The notes under the pieces were generated by a model. It did not search any database and was not told the DNA's origin. It was given only the letters and a program-made list of their open reading frames with translations. Position numbers and translations under genes: made by a program. Shown here one piece after another: positions 48,521 through 57,941 of a DNA stretch of 64,000 nucleotides (the first letter of the stretch is position 1; the number at the start of each line of letters is the position of its first letter). The stretch spans positions 31,494-95,493 of IMG/VR virus record IMGVR_UViG_3300037264_007554. One strand, written 5' to 3'. The DNA is from a virus.

Positions 48521-48844
48521 ATGGAACTTGCGGTCGAGAAGCCGGTCTCGAAATGGCAGCGTCGGAAAGTCCGCTTCCGCCAGCTCGCTCTCGGTGTGCG
48601 CGACGAGCTTCGTCGTGTGATGGGCAACGTCTGTAAGAAGTGCGGTGCACTTGAGAACCTGACGTTTCATCACCCGCACGGCCGGACCTGGGAGCCCCGG
48701 GACTGCAACGTCCAGCAGCGGATGCGGTACTACAAGCGGGATTTTGAGGCAGGTCTCCTGGAGTTGTGGTGTAATACCTGCAACGGACGGGACGGCGCGA
48801 CGAACGCGAGTTTCTACCGGGAACGAAAAAAGGAAGTGGAATGA
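48521..48844 (+). CDS. HNH-like protein
   Basis: CKKCG..LTFHH..LWCNTCN. Confidence 0.6.
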   Translation: MELAVEKPVSKWQRRKVRFRQLALGVRDELRRVMGNVCKKCGALENLTFHHPHGRTWEPRDCNVQQRMRYYKRDFEAGLLELWCNTCNGRDGATNASFYRERKKEVE

Positions 48845-49083
48845 TCTGTCTTCACTGTCAGCGAGAGACCGGCGCCTACTTCGAGGTCACGCCCAAGGAC
48901 GCGAACGGAACGGACCGAGGCCCTGCCATCCGGCTCTGCTCGACGATCTGCATCGTCAAGTGGGCCTACAACTACAGCGCGCACAAGAGCGCCCAGTTCG
49001 TCAAGACCGCGGCCACGCTCCCGGGGATGGCGAAGTCCATGATCAGCGAGGCTCTCTCACAGATCACCCGAGGGCCGCGATGA
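48841..49083 (+). CDS. Hypothetical Zn-finger protein
   Basis: CLHC..CSTIC. Confidence 0.5.
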   Translation: MICLHCQRETGAYFEVTPKDANGTDRGPAIRLCSTICIVKWAYNYSAHKSAQFVKTAATLPGMAKSMISEALSQITRGPR

Positions 49084-49412
49084 GCGCCAAGAGCCGGTTG
49101 TTCATCGGGAACCTCGACTACAACATGATGGCCGAAGATCTCGCGACCCAGTTGGCCATGCTTGGTCTCGGGGTCAGCAACGTCCGGATCATCACGGATC
49201 ACGAGACCAAAGCCTCGCGGGGCTTCGGCTTTTTCGACGTTGCCGCGGGCGAGGCCAAGGCCGCGATCGAGATCGCGAACCGTGCGGTCATCAACAATAG
49301 ACAGGTGCGGGTCGACATGGCGTCGCAGCAGCCTGGCGACAAGGCGCCGCCCCGGAAAGACGTGTCGGACGCCCGGAGGGAAGATCAGAAGCGGGGCACC
49401 CGGTCCGGCTAA
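49080..49412 (+). CDS. RRM RNA-binding protein
   Basis: RNP2 LFIGNL, RNP1 RGFGFFDV. Confidence 0.85.
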   Translation: MSAKSRLFIGNLDYNMMAEDLATQLAMLGLGVSNVRIITDHETKASRGFGFFDVAAGEAKAAIEIANRAVINNRQVRVDMASQQPGDKAPPRKDVSDARREDQKRGTRSG

Positions 49413-49449
49413 TTTGACCGGCCGGGTTTTTCGCGGCAGCATCATCTCT

Positions 49450-49656
49450 ATGGCTCGAAAGGCCCGGAAGACCCGGAAACGCCGCCGTACGATGCTCGGG
49501 GAAGTGACGAAGCGGGATTTCGTGGCCATCGCCGACATCCTGTGTCGCCGGAGCGCGCCGCCCGGCCTGGTCGACGACCTGACGAGCTATTTCTCGTCGC
49601 AGAACCCGCGGTTCGACTCCATGCGGTTCAAGCGGGCAACGACGACGTGCAGGTAA
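49450..49656 (+). CDS. Small basic protein with 2 Cys
   Basis: MARKARKTRKRRRTMLG..NPRFD..RF; leaderless promoter at 49410. Confidence 0.7.
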   Translation: MARKARKTRKRRRTMLGEVTKRDFVAIADILCRRSAPPGLVDDLTSYFSSQNPRFDSMRFKRATTTCR

Positions 49657-49692
49657 TTTGACGGACCCCCAACGCGAGAATAGGATGGCCAC

Positions 49693-50127
49693 ATGATCTT
49701 CGGACAACCGCAGCGAATCGCTTTTCAGCATCCTTCGTCGGCCGGGTACTACACCCCGGGGACTCCGAACGTCGGGTTCTACTCGAACTTCCATCCGTTT
49801 CCGGGGATGTTTCCCCGGATGCAGGCGGTTCGAGCGCAGATCCCGCCGCCCCAGGCGGACATGGCTCCCGGCGTCGCCAGCAGGGTGAACCCGTCGGCCG
49901 GTGGGTTCGGCCACGCCTTCGGCCACAGCTTCGGGAACTTCGGCAGGAACAACGGCAGCGGCAGCGTGAACCCGTATCGAGTCATGAGGAGCGGCGGGAT
50001 CCCCGGCGTCATGTCGTCCGGTGGAGACATCCGCAGGGGTGTCACCAGCGCCGGTCAACTGATTCGCAGGCTCTCCCCCGGCGCGTTCTCGCAGCAGAAC
50101 ATCCCGGCAGGCCCTGGCGGCGGATAA
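49693..50127 (+). CDS. Gly/Pro-rich putative virion protein
   Basis: taatTTGACG-N17-TAGGAT-N6-ATG; FG repeats. Confidence 0.55.
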   Translation: MIFGQPQRIAFQHPSSAGYYTPGTPNVGFYSNFHPFPGMFPRMQAVRAQIPPPQADMAPGVASRVNPSAGGFGHAFGHSFGNFGRNNGSGSVNPYRVMRSGGIPGVMSSGGDIRRGVTSAGQLIRRLSPGAFSQQNIPAGPGGG

Positions 50128-50140
50128 GGGGCGGGATTCG

Positions 50141-50698
50141 GTGCCGCAGCGTCGGTATCCAGATCCGGCCGCGATCGTCTATCCGACGACGCAGCCACCC
50201 CGCTTCGCGCCGCAGATGACGTCGCGCGATGCGGGTCCAGGGTATCCGATGCACGACCACTGTGCGTTCGTGGATGCCCAGGGCAACGGTGTGACAGACA
50301 CCGACGCGTCTCACTTTCATCGAATCTCAAACGGCCGGATTCGTCCGGATGAATCGGATGGTCACATGCACACATTCGTAGGATTGCCTTGTGGAGCTGG
50401 CGCTGTGCTTCCGATGCCGGGTGGCCCCGTCTCCGGTGCTCTCGGCGCTGCTTCTGGAGCGACGACCTTGGCCATGCGCCGGGCTCGGACGCGCATGAAC
50501 ATCGCGCGTCAGGCACTTGCGCTCCGGAACTGCCGCCTCGCGACGGCCGGTGTCGCTGACGCCTCGATGTGGATGCAGTCTCTCATGAAGGCCCGCGCGG
50601 ATGTAGGGCTCCCTGCCTACGATCCGGCGGTTCGTCTTCTCATGCTCGACCTGGCCCGGCTCCGGGTGCAGGTGCAGAGGGCTTGCTCGCAGCGTTAG
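50141..50698 (+). CDS. Hypothetical protein with His motifs and 4 Cys
   Basis: HFH, DGHMH; LGA linker. Confidence 0.5.
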   Translation: MPQRRYPDPAAIVYPTTQPPRFAPQMTSRDAGPGYPMHDHCAFVDAQGNGVTDTDASHFHRISNGRIRPDESDGHMHTFVGLPCGAGAVLPMPGGPVSGALGAASGATTLAMRRARTRMNIARQALALRNCRLATAGVADASMWMQSLMKARADVGLPAYDPAVRLLMLDLARLRVQVQRACSQR

Positions 50699-51135
50699 GC
50701 CCCGCGCGGCGCCCCGGCAACCACGAAGCCAGGCGTCTGCATTCCGCCCTCGGCGCGTTCAATCTTCAAGATCTGCTGTAGGTGTGCGTCGCAGGACTTG
50801 AGTGACTCTGCGTGCTTGTCCTGCAAGGCCGTGATGAACTTGCGCAGCTTCGTCGGATCGTACCCGGCTTTCACGATCGCATCCCGGCCGACGAGTTCTT
50901 CCAGCGTGTCGAGCAGAACGAGCGCGTAGCTCGCGTGCGTGATCCCGACGATGGGGGAGAGATCTTGAGACGACGCGAAGGCATAGCGCCGGATCTGCCT
51001 GGCGTGGGTGGCGAGCGGACCGACGTCAGGGCCTGCGCCCAGCCCCGGGATGCTCTTGATCTTGGAGTATGCCCAGAGGCCCGCCGCACCGACGGCGATG
51101 CCTCCGATGAACCATGCGGCTTTCACGGAGCCCAT
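50695..51135 (-). CDS. Membrane-anchored protein
   Basis: N-terminal TM, GLGA motif. Confidence 0.6.
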   Translation of the reverse strand: MGSVKAAWFIGGIAVGAAGLWAYSKIKSIPGLGAGPDVGPLATHARQIRRYAFASSQDLSPIVGITHASYALVLLDTLEELVGRDAIVKAGYDPTKLRKFITALQDKHAESLKSCDAHLQQILKIERAEGGMQTPGFVVAGAPRGA

Positions 51136-51191
51136 GGTACGGCGGTTCTTAATTTGCGTCTACTTGCGGCGCTCGACTATCATAGGGGCCC

Positions 51192-51611
51192 GTGGCTGCT
51201 CAGGTCGTTTTCAACCGGGTTTTGACCGGCGCGTTCGTCGCAGGCACGCCGTTCTTCATCACGGCGGAAAAAGTCGTGCTCGATTTTCTCGCGACTGTTA
51301 CGGTGCTGGCCGCGATCGATTGGTTCCTTGAGTTCACCGGGGACAATCCTCTCAGTGCGGCGGCCGTGTGGAATCAGGAGCTGGCCGAAGAAGACGCGGG
51401 CGGCGGTGTGGTCGCCATGCCCAAGGTCGTCCGGACGTTCAAAGAGAACGGCGGTGCGAATCTCGCGATCGGCACGCATTCTCTGAGTTGCCAGTTCGTT
51501 CGTACGCACAAGTATTGCCGCATCCAGGCCCGGGTGAATGCGGTTCCGGCCGGAGGTGCGGCGAGCTTGCAGGTGTCAACGCAGTTCGGTATCCCGGCGA
51601 CTTCGGCGTAA
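51192..51611 (+). CDS. Putative beta-rich virion protein
   Basis: taatTTGCGT-N18-TATCAT promoter; 2 Cys. Confidence 0.55.
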   Translation: MAAQVVFNRVLTGAFVAGTPFFITAEKVVLDFLATVTVLAAIDWFLEFTGDNPLSAAAVWNQELAEEDAGGGVVAMPKVVRTFKENGGANLAIGTHSLSCQFVRTHKYCRIQARVNAVPAGGAASLQVSTQFGIPATSA

Positions 51612-51647
51612 TTTGACGCCCCTGCGCTGCGGCGGTAGCGTGGGGAC

Positions 51648-52181
51648 ATGGAGATCTACACGATCAGCGGCGCGGCCTTCGGTGCAACCACGTGCCCGCC
51701 AGGCTGGACGCCGACTCCGAACGGCAACTGTGGCGGCCCCGCCCCTCGGTACTACCTGAAGGCCGCGGCCGATCTACAGGCGGCGCTGCGCGGCCTCGGA
51801 GCGCGAGTCGGCGATGCAGGGCTCGCGTCTCTGCCGATCGACGGCATCGTTGGCCCTGCGACCGTCCAGGCCGCCGAGCGCGCGTTCTCCACGCACATCG
51901 GGCCGGGCCAGGCTCCGGCCGCTCTGCGTGCGGGTGGCCTCGGTATCCTCGGCGTCGCGCAGAGCGCCTCGGTCATGGCGGATCTGGCCAACGCCGAGAC
52001 CACTCGCCGCGGTGGCGCTCTGGTTACGACGCCGCCTCCGCCGAAGGGCACGGTTCGCGTCGAGATTGGCCCGGCCGAGATCATGACGGAGCCTTCCTCC
52101 AGGAAGATGTGGGCGCTCGTCGGTCTCAATGCGCTCGCGGCGACGATCGGGATCTACTTCGTGGCGACACGGGATTCGTAA
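51648..52181 (+). CDS. Peptidoglycan-binding-like membrane protein, paralog of 7644-9374
   Basis: LQAAL..IDGIVGPATV; C-terminal TM; leaderless promoter at 51609. Confidence 0.7.
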   Translation: MEIYTISGAAFGATTCPPGWTPTPNGNCGGPAPRYYLKAAADLQAALRGLGARVGDAGLASLPIDGIVGPATVQAAERAFSTHIGPGQAPAALRAGGLGILGVAQSASVMADLANAETTRRGGALVTTPPPPKGTVRVEIGPAEIMTEPSSRKMWALVGLNALAATIGIYFVATRDS

Positions 52182-52562
52182 ATGCTTCACGCGGCTATGT
52201 GTCCACCGGCCATCGAGCCGGTCGCGCTCACGCCGCCTCCGCAGCCGAAACATGTTCGGTACGGCGATCCGGCATTGCAAAACGCCTACGCTTATCTCGT
52301 CGCGGCGTTGCGGACTAAGTCGGTTCCAATCTACGGCAGAATTTTCAGTGAAGATGAAGCCGATCAGATGGCGCAGCACGCGATCAACGCCGTGCGTGCC
52401 TTGCCAGGCTCTGCCGAGTTGAAAACCCGCGCGCAGTGCGCGCTGGAGCCGCCGGTCACCGCAGCGGTACGGGATACCGTCGGTCGGTTGCTCCTCGGGA
52501 GCTTCGTTTTCGGCCTCGGCGTTGTGGTGGCGGGGGCTACGTTCAAACTCGTGACGAAATGA
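52182..52562 (+). CDS. Membrane protein
   Basis: C-terminal TM, 2 Cys. Confidence 0.55.
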   Translation: MLHAAMCPPAIEPVALTPPPQPKHVRYGDPALQNAYAYLVAALRTKSVPIYGRIFSEDEADQMAQHAINAVRALPGSAELKTRAQCALEPPVTAAVRDTVGRLLLGSFVFGLGVVVAGATFKLVTK

Positions 52563-52872
52563 AAGAGCGCAAGTCACCTCGACGGGTCCGGCGTGTCTCG
52601 AAGCCGCGCGGTCACAAGGCGAAGCCGTCTGATCTGAAAGTCATCCGGGCGAGCGCTTCGATGACTCGCGCAGCCGTGCGACTTTCGTCGAGAATGTGAT
52701 GTCGTCTTCGACGACGCGTAACGGGGTGCTCCCTTCGAGGCCCTTGCGCGCACGTGCTGCGGTCGCGCGTAGGGCGATGCCCAGGGCTTGTAGATCGTCA
52801 TGGCAGGCGCGGCTTCGATCGTCGATGTCGTGCAGCCTCTGAGCCCGAGCGTGCGCCACGGCCTTTTTCAAT

Positions 52873-53124
52873 TCACATCCTCCGTGAGAGAGAATCGAGA
52901 ACCGTTTTCATGTCGCTGGCGTGTTCGTTGTACTTCTCGATCCATTCCTCGGCTTTTTTGAGGTGGCGGTCGTACAGTTCGCGCTCCCGTGTTTCAACTT
53001 TACGCTTTTCCAGGTAGAAAAAACAGGCCGCGGCCAGGAACATGAGGCAGACGGCCCCCAGGATGCCCTGATTCAAAAAGCTCGACGTGACACCCTGCGC
53101 GGTCTGTGTGGCGACATCGTTCAC
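52873..53124 (-). CDS. Holin-like protein (BhlA-like)
   Basis: NQGILGAVCLMF single TM followed by a charged coil. Confidence 0.5.
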   Translation of the reverse strand: MNDVATQTAQGVTSSFLNQGILGAVCLMFLAAACFFYLEKRKVETRERELYDRHLKKAEEWIEKYNEHASDMKTVLDSLSRRM

Positions 53125-53221
53125 TTCGACAGGATGCGGCGGATAACCCATCGCGGTCAAATTGCGGCTCAACTCGGGCGGGACTTGCTACGCGTGTAAC
53201 ACTTATGCGAGAGTGAAAAGC

Positions 53222-53740
53222 GTGCAGATCGTTCGTCTTCGTGACTTGATCGTCCTCTCAGGGGCACCCCACCGGGAGGGCGGCGCGGTCACCGAAAAGC
53301 GTGACGCGACGGCCCCGGAGAATGGTCCAAACGGGGACGACGTCGTGGTTACGAACCAGAGTCGGAGGATCTCCAAGGCCAGGCGCGCGGCCGACACGTT
53401 CGTGGTCTCGTACAGCCGGAAGTTGCGCAAAGATCGGCTGCTCTGGACGCCTTTCGGCGCTCTCTACGATCCGAGCGTGCTTGAGAAATTGCAGGCGTTG
53501 CTGGCCGTGATGACCAAGGAAGCGGCCGAGTTCAACGCTTATCAGTCCGGTGGGTCGGGGGACTGCAAGATCCGGAACTACCTGCTCTGGGAGCCGCTGC
53601 GCGACACGCGCAAGGCTGCCGTCGAGGGCTGGATTACACGGCAGATCATGGACGGTGATCCGGAGGCGACGGCCGCGCTGCCGAAGCTCGTGGCGGCCTC
53701 ACGTGAGCTTCCCGAGCAGCTTCCCGATGTCCGCGTCTGA
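53222..53740 (+). CDS. Hypothetical protein
   Basis: ORF with plausible composition. Confidence 0.55.
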   Translation: MQIVRLRDLIVLSGAPHREGGAVTEKRDATAPENGPNGDDVVVTNQSRRISKARRAADTFVVSYSRKLRKDRLLWTPFGALYDPSVLEKLQALLAVMTKEAAEFNAYQSGGSGDCKIRNYLLWEPLRDTRKAAVEGWITRQIMDGDPEATAALPKLVAASRELPEQLPDVRV

Positions 53741-53956
53741 GATTGCGCCGATGCGCTTGGTGACGGTCCCGGCGCTGTCGCGCACGACCGTGGTCGGAGT
53801 GGCCTTCACGCCCAGGCGGTCGGCTAGCGCGGCCGCGCGCCGGTCGCGAGAGACATCGAGAATCCGCGCACCCCGAAACGCTTTCCGAAACCTGGGCACG
53901 TATTCGTGGCAGGCAGGGCAGCCGGTCATGACGAACACGAGAACAGCGGGGGCCAC
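53699..53956 (-). CDS. Thioredoxin-fold oxidoreductase (CPAC)
   Basis: VLVFVMTGCPACHEYVP..LGVKATPTTVV..GA; no signal peptide; TTGCGC-N18-CAAATT-N6-GTG. Confidence 0.85.
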   Translation of the reverse strand: MAPAVLVFVMTGCPACHEYVPRFRKAFRGARILDVSRDRRAAALADRLGVKATPTTVVRDSAGTVTKRIGAISDADIGKLLGKLT

Positions 53957-54002
53957 TCCGGTAATTTGACCACGGGCGGGGTGGGAGCGCAATCTAGGCC
54001 CT
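53957..54002. promoter_or_regulatory. Interdigitated divergent leaderless promoters for thioredoxin and the array
   Basis: Plus: taatTTGACC-N18-CAATCT-N7-GTG(54003); minus as given for the thioredoxin. Confidence 0.65.
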
Positions 54003-54335
54003 GTGGGTGCGCGCTGTCTGACTCTGGTGAAGTTGCGGCTCAAGAACAAATGGGCGGGCTACGGGACCGTCCACACCGCAGGCAAGTTCAGAGGGCTCGA
54101 TCTGGAAGTTCCACATTCGGAGTTGGCCATGCACACCCGGGCCGCAGGCAAGAAGTTGATCGCCTGGGCATGCAAGCCGTCCGGCCGCGAGTGCGGCATC
54201 GTGTTCGCCGAGCCGAAGGGCGGTTGTGGAGACACGTTCGGACTTCCGACCGAGGTGCTGCCTCACGGGGTTCTGCGCAGGATGGGCGGGCCCGCGGCGC
54301 GGAGCCTTTCCGGGGCTCACCGGAGGCGGCGATGA
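54003..54335 (+). CDS. Array protein 1 (basic, 4 Cys)
   Basis: Ends LSGAHRRRR. Confidence 0.7.
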   Translation: MGARCLTLVKLRLKNKWAGYGTVHTAGKFRGLDLEVPHSELAMHTRAAGKKLIAWACKPSGRECGIVFAEPKGGCGDTFGLPTEVLPHGVLRRMGGPAARSLSGAHRRRR

Positions 54336-54505
54336 AGCGTAAGATCTGTGACCCGTGGGCGGCGCGATTTCTTCGTCGGACGATGTTCAACGATATCAAG
54401 ATCGCTCGTGCCAACAAGGTGTTTACGGACAAGGACATCACGGATCTGCGGAGAACGGCATTTCGGATGCTGAGTGCGTGCAAGCGCCGTCGGAGAAGAC
54501 GCTGA
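54332..54505 (+). CDS. Array protein 2 (2 Cys)
   Basis: MKRKICD..ACKRRRRRR; ATGA coupling. Confidence 0.7.
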   Translation: MKRKICDPWAARFLRRTMFNDIKIARANKVFTDKDITDLRRTAFRMLSACKRRRRRR

Positions 54506-54714
54506 TGCCTTACATCGTCCTCAAGAAGAACGGCAAGAAAGAGCATCCGTCGTTCTTGTTTTTGGAACGCGACGTGGTGAACCTCGCGCGTGATCGGAAG
54601 AACTGCTACACGCTCATGAACACGACGACCCGCCGAACACGGAAAGTCGGCATGTGCAACGGGGTTTCGGCCGGGCTCAACGGGTCTCGAAGGCGTCGTC
54701 GGAGGAAGCGCTGA
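54505..54714 (+). CDS. Array protein 3 (2 Cys; paralog of protein 14)
   Basis: Ends LNGSRRRRRRKR; TGATG coupling. Confidence 0.7.
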   Translation: MPYIVLKKNGKKEHPSFLFLERDVVNLARDRKNCYTLMNTTTRRTRKVGMCNGVSAGLNGSRRRRRRKR

Positions 54715-54971
54715 TGGCGAAATACCAGATCCAGGTCGGCCGTTGTCAGGGAGCTTTCCACACGCGCTATTCACTGGACAACCACTTTTCCGCTGAAATG
54801 TATTACCGCGGCCTCAACGTGGGCCGAGGGTACAAGAAACGGATCAAGGAAGACGGTAGAGTCATCGCCAAGACTGCGCCGGACATGGACTACTGCCCTT
54901 CACCTTCATCAAAACGCGCTGAACGTGTTTCTTTTCTGGGCGGTGCGCGTCGCCGCCGGAGGAAGCGCTGA
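54714..54971 (+). CDS. Array protein 4 (2 Cys)
   Basis: Ends FLGGARRRRRKR. Confidence 0.7.
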   Translation: MAKYQIQVGRCQGAFHTRYSLDNHFSAEMYYRGLNVGRGYKKRIKEDGRVIAKTAPDMDYCPSPSSKRAERVSFLGGARRRRRKR

Positions 54972-55240
54972 TGGCTCTCTATCGTCTGAAAGTCTGGACA
55001 GGGCCGGTGGGGGTCGTCGAGATCGGACGAAAAGTTCGTCGCGCCGGTCTCAAGAGCTACACCACGGGTACAGAGCACATCTACGTCGACGTGAAGGGTC
55101 AGTCCTGCGACGGGGCCGCGTGGAACATGCGGGCGCAGTTGTTCAGGAAGTACCGCAACGATTTCGGTCTGAGGGCGGTGTCGTGTCACATACGGAAGAA
55201 GTCCCGGCGAGCGCCGATGAGTTTCGGGTGGCGCAGATGA
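54971..55240 (+). CDS. Array protein 5 (2 Cys)
   Basis: Ends SFGWRR. Confidence 0.7.
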   Translation: MALYRLKVWTGPVGVVEIGRKVRRAGLKSYTTGTEHIYVDVKGQSCDGAAWNMRAQLFRKYRNDFGLRAVSCHIRKKSRRAPMSFGWRR

Positions 55241-55575
55241 AACGGCGCCGGAAAATCCGCCTCGGGTCTACTTCGGCTGAACACGAGGAACGTGCTGCGT
55301 ATCATCGCGGGAGCGCGGAGCACGCAATCACGCGCGGTTTGCAAGCCCTCGAAGACATGAACTGCTCGCGAGCGTTCAGTGAATTTGCAAGCGCGAAGTT
55401 GTATATCGGGGAGTACGAAGCGCACATGGCATCGGCTGGAAAGGCGTCGAGCCACGAACGCATTTCCGGCAAGATCATGGACATTCATCGTCTCGAAGTA
55501 GACATCGGACGGATGTGTCTTCGTCCCAAGTCGGATTTCGTTGTGCGGAAACAGAAGGGCAAGGGGCAGAACTGA
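55237..55575 (+). CDS. Array protein 6 (2 Cys)
   Basis: Starts MKRRRKIRLGS. Confidence 0.7.
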   Translation: MKRRRKIRLGSTSAEHEERAAYHRGSAEHAITRGLQALEDMNCSRAFSEFASAKLYIGEYEAHMASAGKASSHERISGKIMDIHRLEVDIGRMCLRPKSDFVVRKQKGKGQN

Positions 55576-55796
55576 TGGCCAAGTCTTGCAGCTTGTGGAT
55601 TCGTGAACACCGGCCTTCCGGCTCGGCGCCCTGGGTGCGCCGTTGTACTTTCGGGGACCGCGCCGAGATCGTTTCGGGTGGTTCATATTTCACGTACAAC
55701 GTCTACAAGGACAATACGTTCGTCAAACGCGGCAGCACGAAGTCGTTAACGGCCGCAAAAACTGCGGCGTCGCGGATCTTGGGGAGGCGGCGTTGA
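55575..55796 (+). CDS. Array protein 7 (2 Cys)
   Basis: Ends ILGRRR. Confidence 0.7.
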   Translation: MAKSCSLWIREHRPSGSAPWVRRCTFGDRAEIVSGGSYFTYNVYKDNTFVKRGSTKSLTAAKTAASRILGRRR

Positions 55797-56110
55797 TGAA
55801 ACGTGCCCGTTCACATTTTGGTCAGCCAGCGGCCACCCGCCCGCTCAAGACCTACGGCTACCCGAAGAAGACGCCGATGGGCTGGGCGCTCACCGACGGG
55901 CACGGCAACATCATCGGCCGCGGGAAGTTGAACGAGTGCCACAAGATCCGGCCCGGGGCTCCTGGGTCTTGGATCGATTCCAAGCGCTGTAGCTACCACT
56001 TCAAGATCGCGGGCGCGGCCGGGAAGGCGAAGTGGTACTCGTGCCGAGGGTACGGTGAGGGGATCGCGGTGTCGTGCCGCCGGATGAAAAAGCCGCCGAG
56101 GTTCTCATGA
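55796..56110 (+). CDS. Array protein 8 (4 Cys)
   Basis: Starts MKRARSHFG. Confidence 0.7.
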   Translation: MKRARSHFGQPAATRPLKTYGYPKKTPMGWALTDGHGNIIGRGKLNECHKIRPGAPGSWIDSKRCSYHFKIAGAAGKAKWYSCRGYGEGIAVSCRRMKKPPRFS

Positions 56111-56340
56111 AGAAGAAGTGGATTCGCACCGATCGTCCGTACGGATCTGAACATATGGACGCAGGCCGCTGCGGCGGCCGTATTCGCCAGCTTACCGGGC
56201 GTTCAAAAGCGTACGAATGGTCGTCGTGGATTGGAGAGCCCGGCAGCCGTGTGCTTCACAACAACGGTTTGGTCAGGACGAAGGCGAGTGCGAAACGTGC
56301 TGCGGAAAGAAGCTGCGCACGTCTGACGGGGAGACGCTGA
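56107..56340 (+). CDS. Array protein 9 (2 Cys)
   Basis: Ends LTGRR. Confidence 0.7.
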   Translation: MKKKWIRTDRPYGSEHMDAGRCGGRIRQLTGRSKAYEWSSWIGEPGSRVLHNNGLVRTKASAKRAAERSCARLTGRR

Positions 56341-56594
56341 TGGCGACGCGCGGCCGAATGAAAGGTATCTCGAACCGAGTGCTCTGCAAGCTCGGTACGC
56401 TGTCGCACAACCGGCAATTCTCCTCGCGGGATTTTGTCGATTACACTGGCGAGGCCCCGACGCAACTTCGCGTGTTGATGAAACGCGGCATTGTTGAACA
56501 GAGTAGAGAGGGTTTGTACGCGGTTCGCAGCTACTACCCGACGCGCCGCGGGTGGGACATCATCGAGCGCGCGTGCAGGATCGGATACAAATGA
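56340..56594 (+). CDS. Array protein 10 (2 Cys, winged-helix-like)
   Basis: LRVLMKRGIVE..YYPTRRG. Confidence 0.7.
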   Translation: MATRGRMKGISNRVLCKLGTLSHNRQFSSRDFVDYTGEAPTQLRVLMKRGIVEQSREGLYAVRSYYPTRRGWDIIERACRIGYK

Positions 56595-56794
56595 CGAAGC
56601 GCGCGGCCTGGTACGCCATCGCAACGAACGCGGGGTTCGTCGTCAAGAAGACGCGCAACCCGAAGATCCGTGGCGGCCGCTACGCGTTCGGGCCGTACAA
56701 GACCAAGGGAAAAGCCTGCCAGGTCGGCATGTACCAGCGCCATGGTAATGTGCCGAGAGGGTGCGAAGGCGTGTCGGTCCGGAGGGACAACTGA
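56591..56794 (+). CDS. Array protein 11 (2 Cys)
   Basis: FGPYKTK motif; coupled. Confidence 0.7.
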   Translation: MTKRAAWYAIATNAGFVVKKTRNPKIRGGRYAFGPYKTKGKACQVGMYQRHGNVPRGCEGVSVRRDN

Positions 56795-57057
56795 TGGCGA
56801 AGAAAAAATTGGCAGTCAGAAGTTGCGATGCCTACTACGGCGTGTCCGTCGAGCAGGTGAAAAATTACTTGGCGCGGAAAGGCGCCGGGCACGTTCACCG
56901 CAAGCGTTTCCTGCGAGACGCGAAGTTCCAGCAGTCGGGCAAGTCCGTGCTCGCGGAAACCGGGCGCCCGCACTCGTCGGATTGGGATCAGACCTTGTAC
57001 CGTTGCGAGTACGGACGAATCGTCGGGTACGCGGACTACCGAGGATCGTTGCGCTGA
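56794..57057 (+). CDS. Array protein 12 (2 Cys)
   Basis: TGATG coupling. Confidence 0.7.
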   Translation: MAKKKLAVRSCDAYYGVSVEQVKNYLARKGAGHVHRKRFLRDAKFQQSGKSVLAETGRPHSSDWDQTLYRCEYGRIVGYADYRGSLR

Positions 57058-57197
57058 TGGCCATGACCTGCGTAGAATACAACCGCGGCTACGGCTGGGA
57101 AAGTCTCGGCTGCTTCCGTAAACGCAAACAAGCCTTCAAAAAAGCCAGGAAGATTCGCATGAAGGGCTACAAAAAAGTACGCGTGAGGGCTTACTGA
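57057..57197 (+). CDS. Array protein 13 (2 Cys)
   Basis: MAMTCVEY..GCFRKRK. Confidence 0.65.
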   Translation: MAMTCVEYNRGYGWESLGCFRKRKQAFKKARKIRMKGYKKVRVRAY

Positions 57198-57409
57198 TGA
57201 CGAAGTCACGCGGCCTCTTCATCGTTTTCAAGGGCAAGAAACGCTTGTCCAACAACGTCGCCGGGCGTGTGTCCCCGTACGTCTGGAAGAAAAGCGAGGT
57301 TCGCAAGCTCGCGGCGCGCAACCCACGCGTCTGCTACAAGCTCGGCAACATCGACACGCAGCGGGTTTCGTACGTCGGCGCGTGCAAGCGCCGTCGGAGG
57401 AAACGTTGA
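57197..57409 (+). CDS. Array protein 14 (2 Cys)
   Basis: Ends VGACKRRRRKR. Confidence 0.7.
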   Translation: MTKSRGLFIVFKGKKRLSNNVAGRVSPYVWKKSEVRKLAARNPRVCYKLGNIDTQRVSYVGACKRRRRKR

Positions 57410-57681
57410 AGAAAAAAGATCCGCCCGACTGTCGTATCTCCTCCTCATTTCCAGATCAGAGACTCATTTTCAAATCTCGATCCGGCAATCACGCTTTGTG
57501 GACGTACCGGCGTTCGGATACTGGAAAAGAACGTGCGGCGGTAGCCATCAACTGCCTGAGTGGCTTCACAGATTATCCGATTAGATACGACGACGGCGGT
57601 GTAGGCTGGGACCGTCCAGAGGCGTTTCCTGCTTCTTTTCGCAAAAGCGTTCAGCGCATGTTTGGTCGGAGGAAGCGCTGA
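57406..57681 (+). CDS. Array protein 15 (2 Cys)
   Basis: TTG start after GGAGG; ends MFGRRKR. Confidence 0.65.
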   Translation: MKKKDPPDCRISSSFPDQRLIFKSRSGNHALWTYRRSDTGKERAAVAINCLSGFTDYPIRYDDGGVGWDRPEAFPASFRKSVQRMFGRRKR

Positions 57682-57941
57682 TGCGCGTGCTTAAGGGCCA
57701 AGTTTTTCCGGGGCAGTCTGTCTGCATCCGCAAGAATCAACGTGTGCAAGTGGGTGCGCAGACACGAATTGGCGCTGTCCAAGAGTTCAAGAAACTCAAG
57801 CACGAGGTTTGCGGTGTTTTGGCCAGGGTCGGGGGACAGGGCGCGTGGGTTCACATGCCACAGGGAGAGTTGCTGTTTTCTCCGTGGAAATCTGTTTTTG
57901 TTCGACGCGGTAAACGCAAAGTTAGCTTGAGGGTGGTGTGA
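57681..57941 (+). CDS. Array protein 16 (2 Cys)
   Basis: TGATG coupling. Confidence 0.7.
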   Translation: MRVLKGQVFPGQSVCIRKNQRVQVGAQTRIGAVQEFKKLKHEVCGVLARVGGQGAWVHMPQGELLFSPWKSVFVRRGKRKVSLRVV

